Shown: positions 29,572-40,129 of the stretch, one piece after another
How the letters are laid out: each line of letters starts with the position of its first letter
How positions within the stretch are numbered: the stretch's first letter is position 1
Origin: Dehalococcoidia bacterium
GTDB lineage: Bacteria > Chloroflexota > Dehalococcoidia > Lucifugimonadales > VXLM01
Assembly: GCA_963662435.1 (NCBI GenBank)
Contig: OY759598.1
Span: 3,256,507-3,320,506 of the forward strand
Length of the DNA: 64,000 nt
Reading direction: 5' to 3'
The notes under the pieces: generated by a model
Told to the model about the DNA's origin: nothing
The model's database searches: none
What the model saw: only the letters and a program-made list of their open reading frames with translations
Position numbers and translations under genes: made by a program

Positions 29572-30353
29572 GGCTGACAGGGGTAGGTTAATCGGATTTG
29601 TAGCTATGATCCAGCCCCGTATCCCTGTCATTCCGAGTGGAGCGAGGAATCTAAGAATCCATAACCGCAAGTCCGAGCAGCCGGTGCCGCGCTGCTATTG
29701 TGACCAGGAGCGAAAACGGCGGAAGAACGCCCTATGTCAGCTTTACGTTGTGATAGACACCTTAGAGAGTGTCTGAATACTCCGTTCACCCTGAGCCTGT
29801 CGAAGGGTCGTTCATGGTTCGACAAGCTCACCACGAACGACTCCGCTGCGCTCCGCTCAGAATGACAGTGCCGGGGCAGCGTTCTCACCAATCCCTCATG
29901 TCGGCTGCCACCGGCGCCACCAATCATGAGAATTGCGGTAGGGACGATTCGCGAATCGCCCTACGCGAGGTTGAACGGTGGCAATTTTCAGATGAATGAT
30001 GGGTAGGATAATCGGATTTGTAGCTATGATCCAGCCCCGTATCCCTGTCATTCCGAGTGCAGCGAGGAATCTAGAATCCATAACCGCAAGACCGAGCAGC
30101 CGGTGCCGCGCTTCTATTGTGACCAAGAGCGAAAACGGCGTAAGAACGCCCTAAGTCAGCTTTACGCCTGGACAGACACTCTGGATTCTTATACTCCGCT
30201 CCGCTCAGAATGACAGTGGTGGAGCAGCTTTCTCACCAATCATGAGAATTGCGGAAGGGGCGATTCGCGAATCACCCTACGCGAGGTTGAACGGTGGCAA
30301 TTTTCAGATGAATGATGGGTAGGGCGGTAGTCAGATATCTACCCCAGTCAGCC
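29572..30353. mobile_element. 782-bp non-autonomous TIR element built of nested REP-like modules
   Basis: TIR GGCTGACAGGGGTAG / CTACCCCAGTCAGCC (14/15); direct repeat CACGACG at 29565-29571 and 30354-30360; removal restores hairpin CCCTCTCC-cacgacg-GGAGAGGG; internal tandem duplication (about 29581-30000 and 30001-30322). Confidence 0.78.
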
Positions 30354-30464
30354 CACGACGGGAGAGGGGGTTATGAAGGGTTTGCGCAACTATTGGGGTG
30401 GGACAACGTTGTATTAGATATGATGGAGCGGCATCGGTCCTACCGGCATGGGGGACATACAACA

Positions 30465-32009
30465 ATGACGGCGATAGTAGTCGTGCGGAGACGTTTGGTA
30501 CTTGCGGCGGTCGTGGTGGCGGCCGTCTTCGCGTTCAGCGTTGCTGGCGTGGCGAAAGCCGACGCGAGCAGCGCGGTAACGGTGCGCTCTTCGAGCATCA
30601 CCAGTGAGTTCCCGGAGGGGTTCCGCGTGCAGCTGACGGCGTCGAGCGAACGCGACATCGAGACGATGGCCATCCGGCTGCGTATCGGGCGTCAGACGCG
30701 GACGGGGTACGACAACCTCGAGACGACCCGTCGCGACGGGTCGATGGAAGGCGAGCTGCTGTGGCGGACGAACACCGGGGCGTCGTACATCCCGCCCGGC
30801 ACGATCATCACATACAGCTTCGAGTTCGTGGACACGGACGGGCGGCGCTACGAGACGGCAATGGCGGAGTTCGTCTATCACGACCCGCGTTTCGTGTGGA
30901 AGGAGATATCGAGCGGGCCGATCACGGTGGCGTATCATGGCGGGTCGGAGAGGAAGGCGTGGGAGATCCTCGACGCCATGCTTGTGACGCTCGACCGGAT
31001 GGCCCCGCTGCTGGGGGCGGACCGTGAGGAGCCGATTCGGGTCACCGTGTACGACTCCTGGAACGAGATGCGGAGGGCGATACCGCCTGCCACTGCGGCA
31101 TACGAGCGGCACCTCATCACCGAGGGCCAGGCCTTCACGAAAGTCGGGACTCTGCTCGTGCTGGGAAGTCGCAGCGCGTCGGGAACGGCATCGCACGAGA
31201 TGACCCACATCATCGTGCATCGGGCCGGCGAGGGGGTTGCCCGAAAGGTGCCGTCGTGGCTGCACGAAGGGTTGGCGGAGTACGGCAACATCGACCCGGG
31301 GAGATCCTACGACGAAGCGCTTCGCAGGGGAATACGCCAGGACAGTCTGCTGCCGATCACCCACATGGGGAGCCTTCCGGGCAAGCCGAACGACATTCTC
31401 CTCTTCTACGGTCAGTCGAAGTCGCTCGTGCGAATGATGATCGACGACTTCGGAACGGACAAGATGCGCGAGTTCATGGCCCTGTACAAGGGTGGTGAGT
31501 CGATGGACGACGCGCTGTCGAGGACCTACGGACTCGACCGGGTTGCACTGGAAAACCGTTGGAGGGCATCGGTCGGCGCTTCGCCACTCAGTCCGGCCTA
31601 CTCGAATGACGAGCGGCCAACCCCGGTACCTGTGCCGGTCATCCAGCCCTATACGCTGGAGCCGAACACAGAGGGGCAATTCGTCGGGAACTCGAAGGAC
31701 ATACAGACGATCAGGGCAGTGACGGCTCCGCGAACCTCCACCGTGGAGGGCGCATCAGAAACTCCGGTGCCCCTGGTGTACGGTTCCAACTCATCCGGCG
31801 GGGAATCGACGACCGGTGAGGGCGTGCGCGACACCCCAGTGCCCCTGGTCTACGGCGCCCCTTCATCGAGTAGGGATGAACCGTCATCGCGAGGAATTGC
31901 CGGGAACGGATGCGGCGCATCGGTCGGAGGCGCGCTCGACCTGACTGCCGGAGCGGCGCTCATGGGACTGGTGGCGATGGGTGCAGGAGTCCATCGTAGA
32001 AGGCGCTGA
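30465..32009 (+). CDS. Secreted peptidase MA-family zinc metallopeptidase with C-terminal GC-TM-basic anchor
   Basis: Signal peptide; HEMTH...WLHEGLAEY; ends GNGCG...hydrophobic helix...HRRRR. Confidence 0.85.
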   Translation: MTAIVVVRRRLVLAAVVVAAVFAFSVAGVAKADASSAVTVRSSSITSEFPEGFRVQLTASSERDIETMAIRLRIGRQTRTGYDNLETTRRDGSMEGELLWRTNTGASYIPPGTIITYSFEFVDTDGRRYETAMAEFVYHDPRFVWKEISSGPITVAYHGGSERKAWEILDAMLVTLDRMAPLLGADREEPIRVTVYDSWNEMRRAIPPATAAYERHLITEGQAFTKVGTLLVLGSRSASGTASHEMTHIIVHRAGEGVARKVPSWLHEGLAEYGNIDPGRSYDEALRRGIRQDSLLPITHMGSLPGKPNDILLFYGQSKSLVRMMIDDFGTDKMREFMALYKGGESMDDALSRTYGLDRVALENRWRASVGASPLSPAYSNDERPTPVPVPVIQPYTLEPNTEGQFVGNSKDIQTIRAVTAPRTSTVEGASETPVPLVYGSNSSGGESTTGEGVRDTPVPLVYGAPSSSRDEPSSRGIAGNGCGASVGGALDLTAGAALMGLVAMGAGVHRRRR

Positions 32010-32151
32010 ATGAACGGGGTCGCGTTTTCATGTGCCATTCTGCGCCATCGCGGGGATGCCAAGGTGGAGTCCTTCCTGCGCGGGTCTGAATTTGTGGGAC
32101 ATTTTGTGACCTTTCTAGGTGTGCTGACGCAGCGGAGGCCGGTCTGCATTG

Positions 32152-32259
32152 GAAGCGGACTACCTTGAAGGTGTTATTCTTTTCACTTTTTCGTTGTTGA
32201 CGTAGCTGCTGGCGGAATTCGGCGCGGGGGAGCCCCCCTCTCTGTGCCTCTCCCGTTCG
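32152..32259 (-). pseudogene. 3' remnant of a paralog of the small-terminase-like HTH gene
   Basis: Translates GEAQRGG-LPRAEFRQQLRQQRKSEKNNTFKVVRF; last 27 residues 18/27 identical to the C-terminus encoded at about 57789-57869. Confidence 0.7.
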
Positions 32260-32261
32260 CA

Positions 32262-32640
32262 GGCTGACAGGGGTAGGCAAAACGGACTTGTAGCTACGAT
32301 CCGGCCCCGTCGCTCTGTCATTCCTGGTGCAGCGAGGAATCCAAAATCCATAATCGCAAAACCGGACAGCCGGTGCCGCGCTTCTATCATCACCAAGTGC
32401 GAAAATAGCTTAAGAATTCTCTATGTCAGCTTTACGTGGTGATAGACACCTTAGAGAGTGTCTGAAAACTCCGTTCACCCTGAGCCTGTCGAAGGGTCGT
32501 TCATGGTTCGACAAGCTCACCACGAACGGCTCCGGTGACTTATTGGACAGACACCTTAGATTCTTCGACTCCGCTGCGATTCGCTCAGAATGACAGGGCC
32601 GAGGTTGCGTTCTGGTGAACGTAGACCCCTCTCCCGTTCG
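32262..32640. repeat. Dispersed composite repeat (left part of the GGCTGACAGGGG element plus REP modules)
   Basis: Homologous to 29572-29870, 39280-39550, 57888-58060, 58188-58350. Confidence 0.85.
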
Positions 32641-34364
32641 GAGGCTGTCTCATAAGTAGGTTGCCTTATTGAAAATACAGAGGTTCTAGGGGTAAGTTTG
32701 TGTTGTTGCACCTGCTTTAGGAGAAGTGGCATGCCATTTCGGGACTTCAATCGGGAACAGGGGTGGCTTCTGCCGCCTGATCTGGGAGAGTTAGTAGGCC
32801 CCAATCATCCCGCACGATTCGCCGCGACCTTTGTGGACTCTCTCGATGAGGAGACGTGGAAGGAGTTGGGGATCGACCTGCGAGGCGATCCTATGGGAGC
32901 ATCGTCCTATCACCCTCGCGCGTTGCTGAGCGTGTGGATATATGGGTTCATGACGGGTGTGCGTTCCAGCCGCAAGCTGGAGACGGCCTGCCGCGAACAG
33001 GTGGGCTTCATGTGGCTGACCGGGAGGCAGAGGCCGGACCACAACACGCTGTGGAGGTTCTACAGGTCTCACCGAGAGCGGATGAGGGTTCTCCTGAGTC
33101 GCACGGTGCGCACGGCTGTGAAGGCCGGCTTGGTGGACTTGGCGCTTCAGGCGGTGGACGGGACACGAATCGCCGGTAACGCGTCCAGTGACCGCACCTA
33201 CGACGCGGAGGGTCTCAGACGGCTCTTGGAGCGTACGGAAGCAGCCATTGCGGACCTGGAAGCAAAGAACTCGACCGGAGGGGAGCCTGCACCAGTCGAA
33301 CTACCATCGGAGATTGCGAGCGCCGAGGCATTGCGCGACCGAGTGGTCGACGCCCTTGGCCTCGTGCTGGAGGAGGAGGGAGCCAACCACGCGAACCTTA
33401 CCGACCCTGACGCGGGGCTGCTCAAGAGCAAGGAAGGTGGCGTTATAGCCGGCTACAACGCCCAGTCGATGGTGGCGCCCATCACGTCCGGCGATGCCTC
33501 CGGCATGATCATCACGGCTGCGGATGTGACCTCCGGCTCGGACGACCACCCGCAGCTCGTTCCGATGATCCAGGCGTCTGCAGAGAATACGGGGACAGAC
33601 CATGCGGTGACCGTCGCCGACGCCGGATATCACTCAGGGACCAACCTTGCCGACTGCGCGTCCTCCGGACACCGCGTGCTCATGCCGGACACCCATAACC
33701 GCAGACGCCGCTCCCCGTACCACAAGGACCACTTCACGTACGACCCTGAGAACGACACATACCTGTGCCCGAATCAGCAACCTCTCATCTTCAAGGACAC
33801 GTTCAGACACGCGAACGGCTACAGACTCAGACGCTACAGGGCCGAGGGTGCGCTCTGCCGTACCTGCCCTGCCTTTGGAGAATGCACCACCTCTACCAAC
33901 GGTCGAACCATAAGAATCAGCGAATACGAACCTGAGTTGAGACGACACAGAGAGATGATGTCTACCGAGTCTGCCAGGGCGAGTTATAAGCGGCGTCAGG
34001 GGCTGGTCGAGCCGGTGTTCGGCCTCCTCAAGGAGCATCACAGCGCCAGGCGGTTCCTGCTGCGAGGCCGCGAGAACGTCCTCTCCGAGTGGTGTCTGCT
34101 GGCTGCGGCGTTCAACCTCAAAAGCCTTCACAGGGTGTGGAGTGCCGCCTCGCCGTCGAACTCGCCTCACACCGGCTCGCCACGACTACATCCACGCTGT
34201 GATCGCAGCGCCACTGATGCCGCCCGCAACCGCTTGGCACCGTTGCTGACGGCCCGACCACGAATCGCCACTCGCAGACTCTAGAGAGTCTACCGGTCAT
34301 CGCCCATCACATCCCCAGCGTGTACTCAATCACTGCACGCCACGTGAAGCTATGAGACAGCCTC
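32641..34364 (+). mobile_element. IS1182-family insertion sequence
   Basis: Perfect 14-bp IR GAGGCTGTCTCATA; 4-bp target duplication TTCG (32637-32640, 34365-34368). Confidence 0.92.
32731..34284 (+). CDS. IS1182-family DDE transposase
   Basis: YHPR.LL...YG...G..SSRKLE, PDHNTL.RF, DGT.I..NAS, TDPDA, GYNAQ, ADAGY, VEPVFG. Confidence 0.93.
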   Translation: MPFRDFNREQGWLLPPDLGELVGPNHPARFAATFVDSLDEETWKELGIDLRGDPMGASSYHPRALLSVWIYGFMTGVRSSRKLETACREQVGFMWLTGRQRPDHNTLWRFYRSHRERMRVLLSRTVRTAVKAGLVDLALQAVDGTRIAGNASSDRTYDAEGLRRLLERTEAAIADLEAKNSTGGEPAPVELPSEIASAEALRDRVVDALGLVLEEEGANHANLTDPDAGLLKSKEGGVIAGYNAQSMVAPITSGDASGMIITAADVTSGSDDHPQLVPMIQASAENTGTDHAVTVADAGYHSGTNLADCASSGHRVLMPDTHNRRRRSPYHKDHFTYDPENDTYLCPNQQPLIFKDTFRHANGYRLRRYRAEGALCRTCPAFGECTTSTNGRTIRISEYEPELRRHREMMSTESARASYKRRQGLVEPVFGLLKEHHSARRFLLRGRENVLSEWCLLAAAFNLKSLHRVWSAASPSNSPHTGSPRLHPRCDRSATDAARNRLAPLLTARPRIATRRL

Positions 34365-34541
34365 TTCGCGGGAGGGGATAGAACGGGGGATTTGCCACAG
34401 GGAGCACGGAGGTAGCAGAGGGGGGACTTGCTGGTGGGGGCGTGGTAGGCTGAGGCCGTGTATCGCGAGAGTGGAATGCTTGTCCGATCGCAGTGGACGT
34501 GACCGGCGCAGTGCTTCAAGACCAATTCCGACGGGGGACCC

Positions 34542-35369
34542 ATGCCAACTCCCAGAGTTATCTACCAACCCAAGGCCGGAAGTCCCATTGACGTTGACCG
34601 GGGGTTCTATGGACGGCTATCCGATGAGACGGCTACCCGGAGCCTGGTTGAAAGGTTCGAGGTGCCTATCCGTTCCGGCAAGGCCTGGCCGGTCCTGGCA
34701 GGCCGAATTTGCCGCATCGTCGTGGTGGAAGGGGCGCAGGTGGCCGACTTCAACGCTTGGAACCTGAACAACCCCCGGGAGCGGTTCTGGGCGGCGCGCA
34801 CGAAGCAATTGCACCGGGCCCACGTCACCAGGTTCGACAGACTGTGGTCGTGTCTCCCGTACCTGCGGCCGATGCTCACCATCACCGGCGACACCGTGGA
34901 CTATCCCTTGGACGAGGACGGCGCGGGATGTCACGACCTGCTGGGTACGCGTTGCGATCCGTACGTTCACAAGATGCTGAACGGTGAGGACTTCGACTAC
35001 AGCTGCCATTCAAACCTCGTTCGCGCGATAGATCCGTTCCATCTCGACGAGAGCGACGTTCACGACGTGCTCAACATATTCCAGGTGACCGGACTCACCC
35101 GGGATGATCGGTACTTCGTGAAGCCCTCACCGGCGAAGCAGGGAGATTACTTCGAGTTCTTCGCCGAGATAGACCTGCTCTGCGCCATTTCCACCTGTCC
35201 CCAGGGTGACCTTTCGGTCCAGGCATGGGGAGAAGACGCCGGCGACCCCATCGACACCTGTCACCCGCTCGGGGTCGAGGTGTATGAACCACGTCTTGGG
35301 CTGCTGGAGGGCTGGCAGTCGCCTCCGCCAGCGGACTATCGGGGCGTCCACGGGCGGGACCGCGCGTGA
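34542..35369 (+). CDS. Urea carboxylase-associated (DUF1989) family protein
   Basis: QVADFN.W, HDLLGTRC, CHSNL, HDVLNIF, SP...GDY.EFFAE.DLL.A.S.CP. Confidence 0.88.
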   Translation: MPTPRVIYQPKAGSPIDVDRGFYGRLSDETATRSLVERFEVPIRSGKAWPVLAGRICRIVVVEGAQVADFNAWNLNNPRERFWAARTKQLHRAHVTRFDRLWSCLPYLRPMLTITGDTVDYPLDEDGAGCHDLLGTRCDPYVHKMLNGEDFDYSCHSNLVRAIDPFHLDESDVHDVLNIFQVTGLTRDDRYFVKPSPAKQGDYFEFFAEIDLLCAISTCPQGDLSVQAWGEDAGDPIDTCHPLGVEVYEPRLGLLEGWQSPPPADYRGVHGRDRA

Positions 35370-35541
35370 GGAGGCCTTCGGCGGGCGTTCGGGTAACCGG
35401 ATATGCGAGGTGGACTCACCACAGAGGGAGAAGGGGTAGGGAATTGGTTTTCGACAGGCTCAGGGTGAGTGGGGTGTTCTTAGGCGCCCTCTTGGGTGGG
35501 ACGGATAAGTAGTCAGTCACAGGTATTGGCCGGAGGAAGAG

Positions 35542-36375
35542 ATGATCGTAGTAACAGGAGCGGCGGGCAGGCTGGGACGGAGGGTGGTGCAGCTTTTGGT
35601 GGACCAGGGCAGAGAGGTCCTGGCGACGGACCAGGTGGCGGCTGATGACCTTCCGGTGGAGTTTGCGCGTTGCGACCTCGTGGACAGAAAGGCGGTGGAG
35701 GCCATTCTCAAGGGCGCGGAATCGGTCGTCCACATGGGGGCTATCCCGGGGCCGCTAGCTGAGGACCCTAGGGACATTTTCGACAACAACGTGACAAGCA
35801 CCTTCAACGTGATGATGACGGCGGCGGAATTTGGACTGCGTCGCGTGGTGTTCTCGTCCAGTGCCTTCGCCATGGGGTGGGCCCACGACGGGGCCGCTTT
35901 CGAGCCACGTTACCTGCCATTGGATGAAGAACATCCTATGATGCCGTTTGAGCCGTACGGGTTGTCCAAGCTGGTTGGAGAGGATATCGGGAGAATGATC
36001 GCCCGAAATACTGACACGACCGTTGTGAGTCTGCGGTTTACCAATGTGGCACGTCCGGAGATCCAGGCGGAGTTCCCCTGGCCGGCCCCCACGCCGGAGA
36101 GTCCGCTCACGCTTGTGATGTGGGCGTACGCCGACGCGAGGGACGTTGCGGAGGCGCACGTCCTGGCGCTGGACGCACGGATAGAGGAGTACGAGGCCTT
36201 CATGATCGCGCAGCCTACCAGCAGGTTCAGTGAGCCTACGATCGACCTCGTGAAGAGCAATTTCGGGGACAAGGTGGAGATACGCGAAGGCCTGAGCGGA
36301 CACGCCAGCGTGATACGTACGGACAAGGCGCAGCGAATGCTGGGCTGGAGGCCTCGCTACGACTGGCGCCAATAG
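35542..36375 (+). CDS. NAD-dependent epimerase/dehydratase (extended SDR)
   Basis: VTGAAGRLG, FSSS, YGLSK, D.RDVA.A. Confidence 0.9.
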   Translation: MIVVTGAAGRLGRRVVQLLVDQGREVLATDQVAADDLPVEFARCDLVDRKAVEAILKGAESVVHMGAIPGPLAEDPRDIFDNNVTSTFNVMMTAAEFGLRRVVFSSSAFAMGWAHDGAAFEPRYLPLDEEHPMMPFEPYGLSKLVGEDIGRMIARNTDTTVVSLRFTNVARPEIQAEFPWPAPTPESPLTLVMWAYADARDVAEAHVLALDARIEEYEAFMIAQPTSRFSEPTIDLVKSNFGDKVEIREGLSGHASVIRTDKAQRMLGWRPRYDWRQ

Positions 36376-36508
36376 GCGGGCTAACGCCCTCACCAACACC
36401 ACCGCCGTCATACCCCCCCTACGCAACTCTCGCCACTCTCTACTTCCTCTCCTCCTATTTGCCTCACAAGAACTCTTGTCCTACACTTTCCCTATGGCAC
36501 AAATCCAG

Positions 36509-37052
36509 ATGCGCCGAGCGCCCGACACACCAAGAGCCATGAAACACTCTGAGAAGAAAGAAGGCCGTCTTTTTTTGATGAGCAAGAATTTCTCAAACCG
36601 TCTCATGCCGAGAACACGCGCGCGTTCCGCCCCATGCCCACCACGCCTAAGGCCATGAGACACTTTGAGAAGGCTGGCAAAAGGAGAGATCGAAGGGCCT
36701 CTCAAACCGTCTCACTTTCTCAAACCCTCTCACTCATATCAGACCTTCTCACGCCCGCAGAAAACGGAGAGTCACCACTCTGCCGTCGTCATCCCCAACG
36801 CATCATGCGCCGAGCGCCCAACACACCAAGAGCCATGAAACACTCTGAGAAGAAAGAAGGCCTTTTGTTGATGAGCAAAACATTCTCAAACCGTCTCATG
36901 CCGCGAACATACGCCAGTTCCGCCCCATGCCCACCACGCCTAAGGCCATGAGACACTTTGAGAAGGCTGGCAAAAGGAGAGATCGAAAGGCCTCTCAAAC
37001 CGTCTCACTTTCTCAAACCCTCTCACGCCCACAGAAAACGGAGAATCGCCAG
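36509..37052. repeat. Tandem duplication (period 296 bp) of a non-coding unit with inverted TGAGA/TCTCA boxes
   Basis: Copies start at 36509 and 36805; each holds two ATGARACACTYTGAGAA...YTCTCAAACCGTCTCA inverted pairs. Confidence 0.9.
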
Positions 37053-37139
37053 CCTCCCCTTGCCACTCCGACTGAGACCTGCCCCTGCCGGCCCGCGGAC
37101 GGGAGAGTGGATTGAACACAGGCGAACTTCGCCGATTTA

Positions 37140-37168
37140 TTGACAGGGGATAGGTGCTATTCTAGGAT
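37140..37168 (+). promoter_or_regulatory. Sigma70-type promoter of groESL
   Basis: TTGACA-N17-TAGGAT. Confidence 0.75.
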
Positions 37169-37173
37169 TTACT

Positions 37174-37200
37174 TTAGCAGTCGCTGTAGGCGGCTGCTAA
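37174..37200. promoter_or_regulatory. CIRCE-like HrcA operator
   Basis: TTAGCAGTC-N9-GGCTGCTAA versus consensus TTAGCACTC-N9-GAGTGCTAA, between promoter and groES. Confidence 0.8.
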
Positions 37201-37245
37201 TCACGTTATAGAGAGTACGCATAGTACGCTTGGAGGAGATGGAGA

Positions 37246-37542
37246 ATGGGAGAGATCACGTACGCGCCCCTTGGGAACCGTGTCGTCGTCAAGCCGTCCG
37301 AGGAGGCGGCGGAGATGAGCGCGGGAGGCATATTTATTCCGGATACGGCGAAGGAGAAGCCCCAGGAGGGTGAGGTCATAGCAGTCGGACCCGGAAGGAC
37401 AACTGATTCCGGAGAGCGGATTCCCGTCGATCTGGCGGTTGGAGACACGGTAATCTATCCACAGTACGTGGGAACGGAATACAAGGAAGACGGAGTGGAG
37501 TACCTGATCATCGGTGAGGACGACATCCTGGTCGTCAAGTAG
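37246..37542 (+). CDS. groES: Co-chaperonin GroES
   Basis: [33 protein letters not shown]. Confidence 0.97.
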   Translation: MGEITYAPLGNRVVVKPSEEAAEMSAGGIFIPDTAKEKPQEGEVIAVGPGRTTDSGERIPVDLAVGDTVIYPQYVGTEYKEDGVEYLIIGEDDILVVK

Positions 37543-37587
37543 ACGATAGCGGCTTAGAGCCACAGAACCACACGGAGGGACCGGACA

Positions 37588-39204
37588 TTGCCAAAGCAAA
37601 TGGAACATAGTGACGACGCGCGAGCGGCGCTGAAGCGTGGAATCGACCTCATGGCGGAGACGGTAGGCGTCACGCTTGGCCCGCGCGGCAGAAACGTCGT
37701 GATCGACGACGACTTTGCCGGACCGAAAGTGTCGAGCGACGGGGTCACGATCGCCAAGGAGATCGTGCTCGAAGACCCGTACGAAAACATGGGCGCGCAG
37801 CTTCTCAAAGAGGCGGCCAGCCAGACGAATGACAATGCCGGAGACGGCACGACGACGGCCACCGTTCTCGCCCAGGCTATAATTCACGAGGGTTTCCGAA
37901 ACATCGCCGCGGGCGCCAACCCCATGCTCTTGAAGAGGGGCATCGACCAAGGAATCGCGGTAATGCGCGACTCCATCAGGGAGATTTCGCAACCTGTCTC
38001 AGGTCGCGAGCAGATCGGCCAGGTGGCTGCTCTTGCCGCTCACGACGAAGAGATGGGCCAGATTATTGCCGATGTCATTGAGAAGGTCGGCAAGGACGGC
38101 GTGATCACCGTCGAGGAGTCGAGGGGGCTTGCGTACGAGCAGGAATACGTGGAGGGCATGGAGTTCGACAAGGGCTACATGTCGCCCTACTTCGCGACGA
38201 ACCAGGAGCGGATGATCGCGGAGATCGAAGACCCTTACATCCTCATCACGGACAAGAAGATCTCTGCCGTGTCGGAGCTGGTGCCGGCCCTGGAGAAGGT
38301 GGTCCAGATCAGCAAGAACGTCGTCATCATCGCGGAGGACATCGACGGTGAGGCGCTGGCGACGCTCGTGGTCAACAGGCTACGCGGCGCGTTCAACGTT
38401 CTGGCGGTCAAGGCGCCGGCATTCGGCGACCGAAGGACCGCGATGCTCGAGGACATGGCGATACTGACCGGAGCGACAGTCCTCAGCGAGAACGTCGGCC
38501 GAAACCTCGACTCAATCACCATCGAAGATCTGGGCCGGGCGCGACGCGTCGTTTCGACGAAGGACGAGACGACGATAGTGGACGGCGGCGGGTCGCCGGA
38601 AGCGGTCGCGGGCCGCATGAGCCAGATCCGCGCCCAGGCCGATGACACGACCTCCGACTATGACCGAGAGAAGCTGGAAGAGCGTTTGGCCAAGCTGTCC
38701 GGCGGCGTCGCGATCCTCAAGGTCGGGGCGGCGACCGAGGTGGAACTCAAGGAGAAGAAGCAGCGCATCGAGGACGCACTGGGCGCAACGAGGGCTGCCG
38801 TGGAGGAAGGCATCGTTCCGGGCGGCGGGGTTACCCTTGTCCGTGCGGCCGAGTCGCTCGATTCCCTCGACCTCGAGACCACGGACGAGCGGACGGGCAT
38901 ACGCATTCTCCAGACGGCACTTCGCGCTCCGCTGAAGCTCATTTCCGAGAACACCGGAGTGTCAGGTGAGGTAGTGCTATCGGAGACACTGAAGCACGAC
39001 GGAGCCTGGGGCTACAACGCCGAGACGGGTGAGTACGGCGACCTGCTGGAGCTTGGCATCGCCGACCCGGCGAAGGTCACGCGGTCGGCGGTCGAGAACG
39101 CGGCCAGCCTCGCAGCGATGGTGCTGACGACCGAGTCGCTGATCACCGACATCATCGAGAAGCCTCAGCCGGGCCAGCCACCCATGCCGGACTATTACGA
39201 CTAG
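37588..39204 (+). CDS. groEL: Chaperonin GroEL
   Basis: [43 protein letters not shown] start. Confidence 0.98.
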   Translation: MPKQMEHSDDARAALKRGIDLMAETVGVTLGPRGRNVVIDDDFAGPKVSSDGVTIAKEIVLEDPYENMGAQLLKEAASQTNDNAGDGTTTATVLAQAIIHEGFRNIAAGANPMLLKRGIDQGIAVMRDSIREISQPVSGREQIGQVAALAAHDEEMGQIIADVIEKVGKDGVITVEESRGLAYEQEYVEGMEFDKGYMSPYFATNQERMIAEIEDPYILITDKKISAVSELVPALEKVVQISKNVVIIAEDIDGEALATLVVNRLRGAFNVLAVKAPAFGDRRTAMLEDMAILTGATVLSENVGRNLDSITIEDLGRARRVVSTKDETTIVDGGGSPEAVAGRMSQIRAQADDTTSDYDREKLEERLAKLSGGVAILKVGAATEVELKEKKQRIEDALGATRAAVEEGIVPGGGVTLVRAAESLDSLDLETTDERTGIRILQTALRAPLKLISENTGVSGEVVLSETLKHDGAWGYNAETGEYGDLLELGIADPAKVTRSAVENAASLAAMVLTTESLITDIIEKPQPGQPPMPDYYD

Positions 39205-39250
39205 TACCGATTCCATCTGAATATGATGAATTGGCAGATGCCGCTCAATC

Positions 39251-39550
39251 CCCTCTCCCGTTCGCGGGAGAGGGCTGGGTAAATCGGTTTTGTAGCTATG
39301 ATCCGGCCCCGCCGCTCTGTCATTCCGAGTGGAGCGAGGAATCTAAAATCCATAACCGCAAAACCGGGCAGCCGGTGTTGCGCTTCTATGGTGACCATGA
39401 GCGAAAACGGCGTAAGAACCCCCTATGCCGGCTTTACGTCAGGACAGACACTCTAGATTCTTCGAATCCGCTGCGCTCAGAATGACAGTGCAGGGGCTGC
39501 TTTCTCACCAATCTCTCATGTCGGTGACAACCGACATGAGAGATTCCCAT
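39251..39550. repeat. Dispersed composite REP-like repeat
   Basis: Intact hairpin CCCTCTCCCG-TTCG-CGGGAGAGGG, then TGTCATTCCGAGTGGAGCGAGGAATCT...AGATTCTTCG...CTCAGAATGACA module. Confidence 0.85.
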
Positions 39551-39652
39551 GAATCGGGGCAGCCAAAAGGCCGAAGTTGAGGTTCGATCGCCGCCGCCGC
39601 TCGGGGTGAGCCGCGAGGAGACCGAATCGTTGCGAGACGCAGGAGCAAACTG

Positions 39653-40129
39653 ATGAACAAGGAAGAGGTCATCACCCGCGTAAAGACCGAGCGCAGTCGC
39701 TGGAGCGACATCCTGGCCCAGGTGGACGATGGCCTGATGCTGAAACCCGGAGTCGAGGGGCACTGGTCCGTCAAGGACATCTTCGCCCACGTGGTCTGGT
39801 ACGAGCGAGAGATAGTCGGAGTGCTCAGGGCACGCGCCTTCGTCGGCTCCGACCTCTGGGCGCTGCCGCTGGAAGAGCGCAACGCCGGAGTCTATGAGGA
39901 GACCAGGAGCATGACCCTGGAGGAAGTCCGCGCCGAGGATGCGAGAGTGTTCCCCCAGCTTTTGGAACAACTCGAAGCTCTCCCCGAAGACCACTACGGC
40001 GACGCATCCCGCTTCCCGGGAATGCCCGCTGAATGGGAGCCGTGGTTCATAATTGCGGGCAACACCTTCGACCACTACCTCGACCACACCAAGTCCCTCA
40101 AGCAGTTGCTGGAGATTCAACGTCAGTGA
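39653..40129 (+). CDS. DinB/ClbS-DfsB (DUF1706)-like four-helix bundle protein
   Basis: WSVKDI.AH...Y, N...Y, NT..HY..H. Confidence 0.8.
   Translation: MNKEEVITRVKTERSRWSDILAQVDDGLMLKPGVEGHWSVKDIFAHVVWYEREIVGVLRARAFVGSDLWALPLEERNAGVYEETRSMTLEEVRAEDARVFPQLLEQLEALPEDHYGDASRFPGMPAEWEPWFIIAGNTFDHYLDHTKSLKQLLEIQRQ

Noticed and set aside
29628..30126. Short ORFs in composite repeats (also 32160-32396, 39201-39485, 57869-58535)
   Set aside because: They are translations of the same non-coding repeat, with stops and frames differing between copies
30414..31679. Long antisense ORFs (also 41236-42825, 53471-54652, 58813-59988)
   Set aside because: Shadow frames of well-supported genes in GC-rich DNA with no recognisable motifs
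36509..37052. CRISPR array
   Set aside because: Spacer-like segments are themselves duplicated, boxes alternate in orientation, and there are no cas genes
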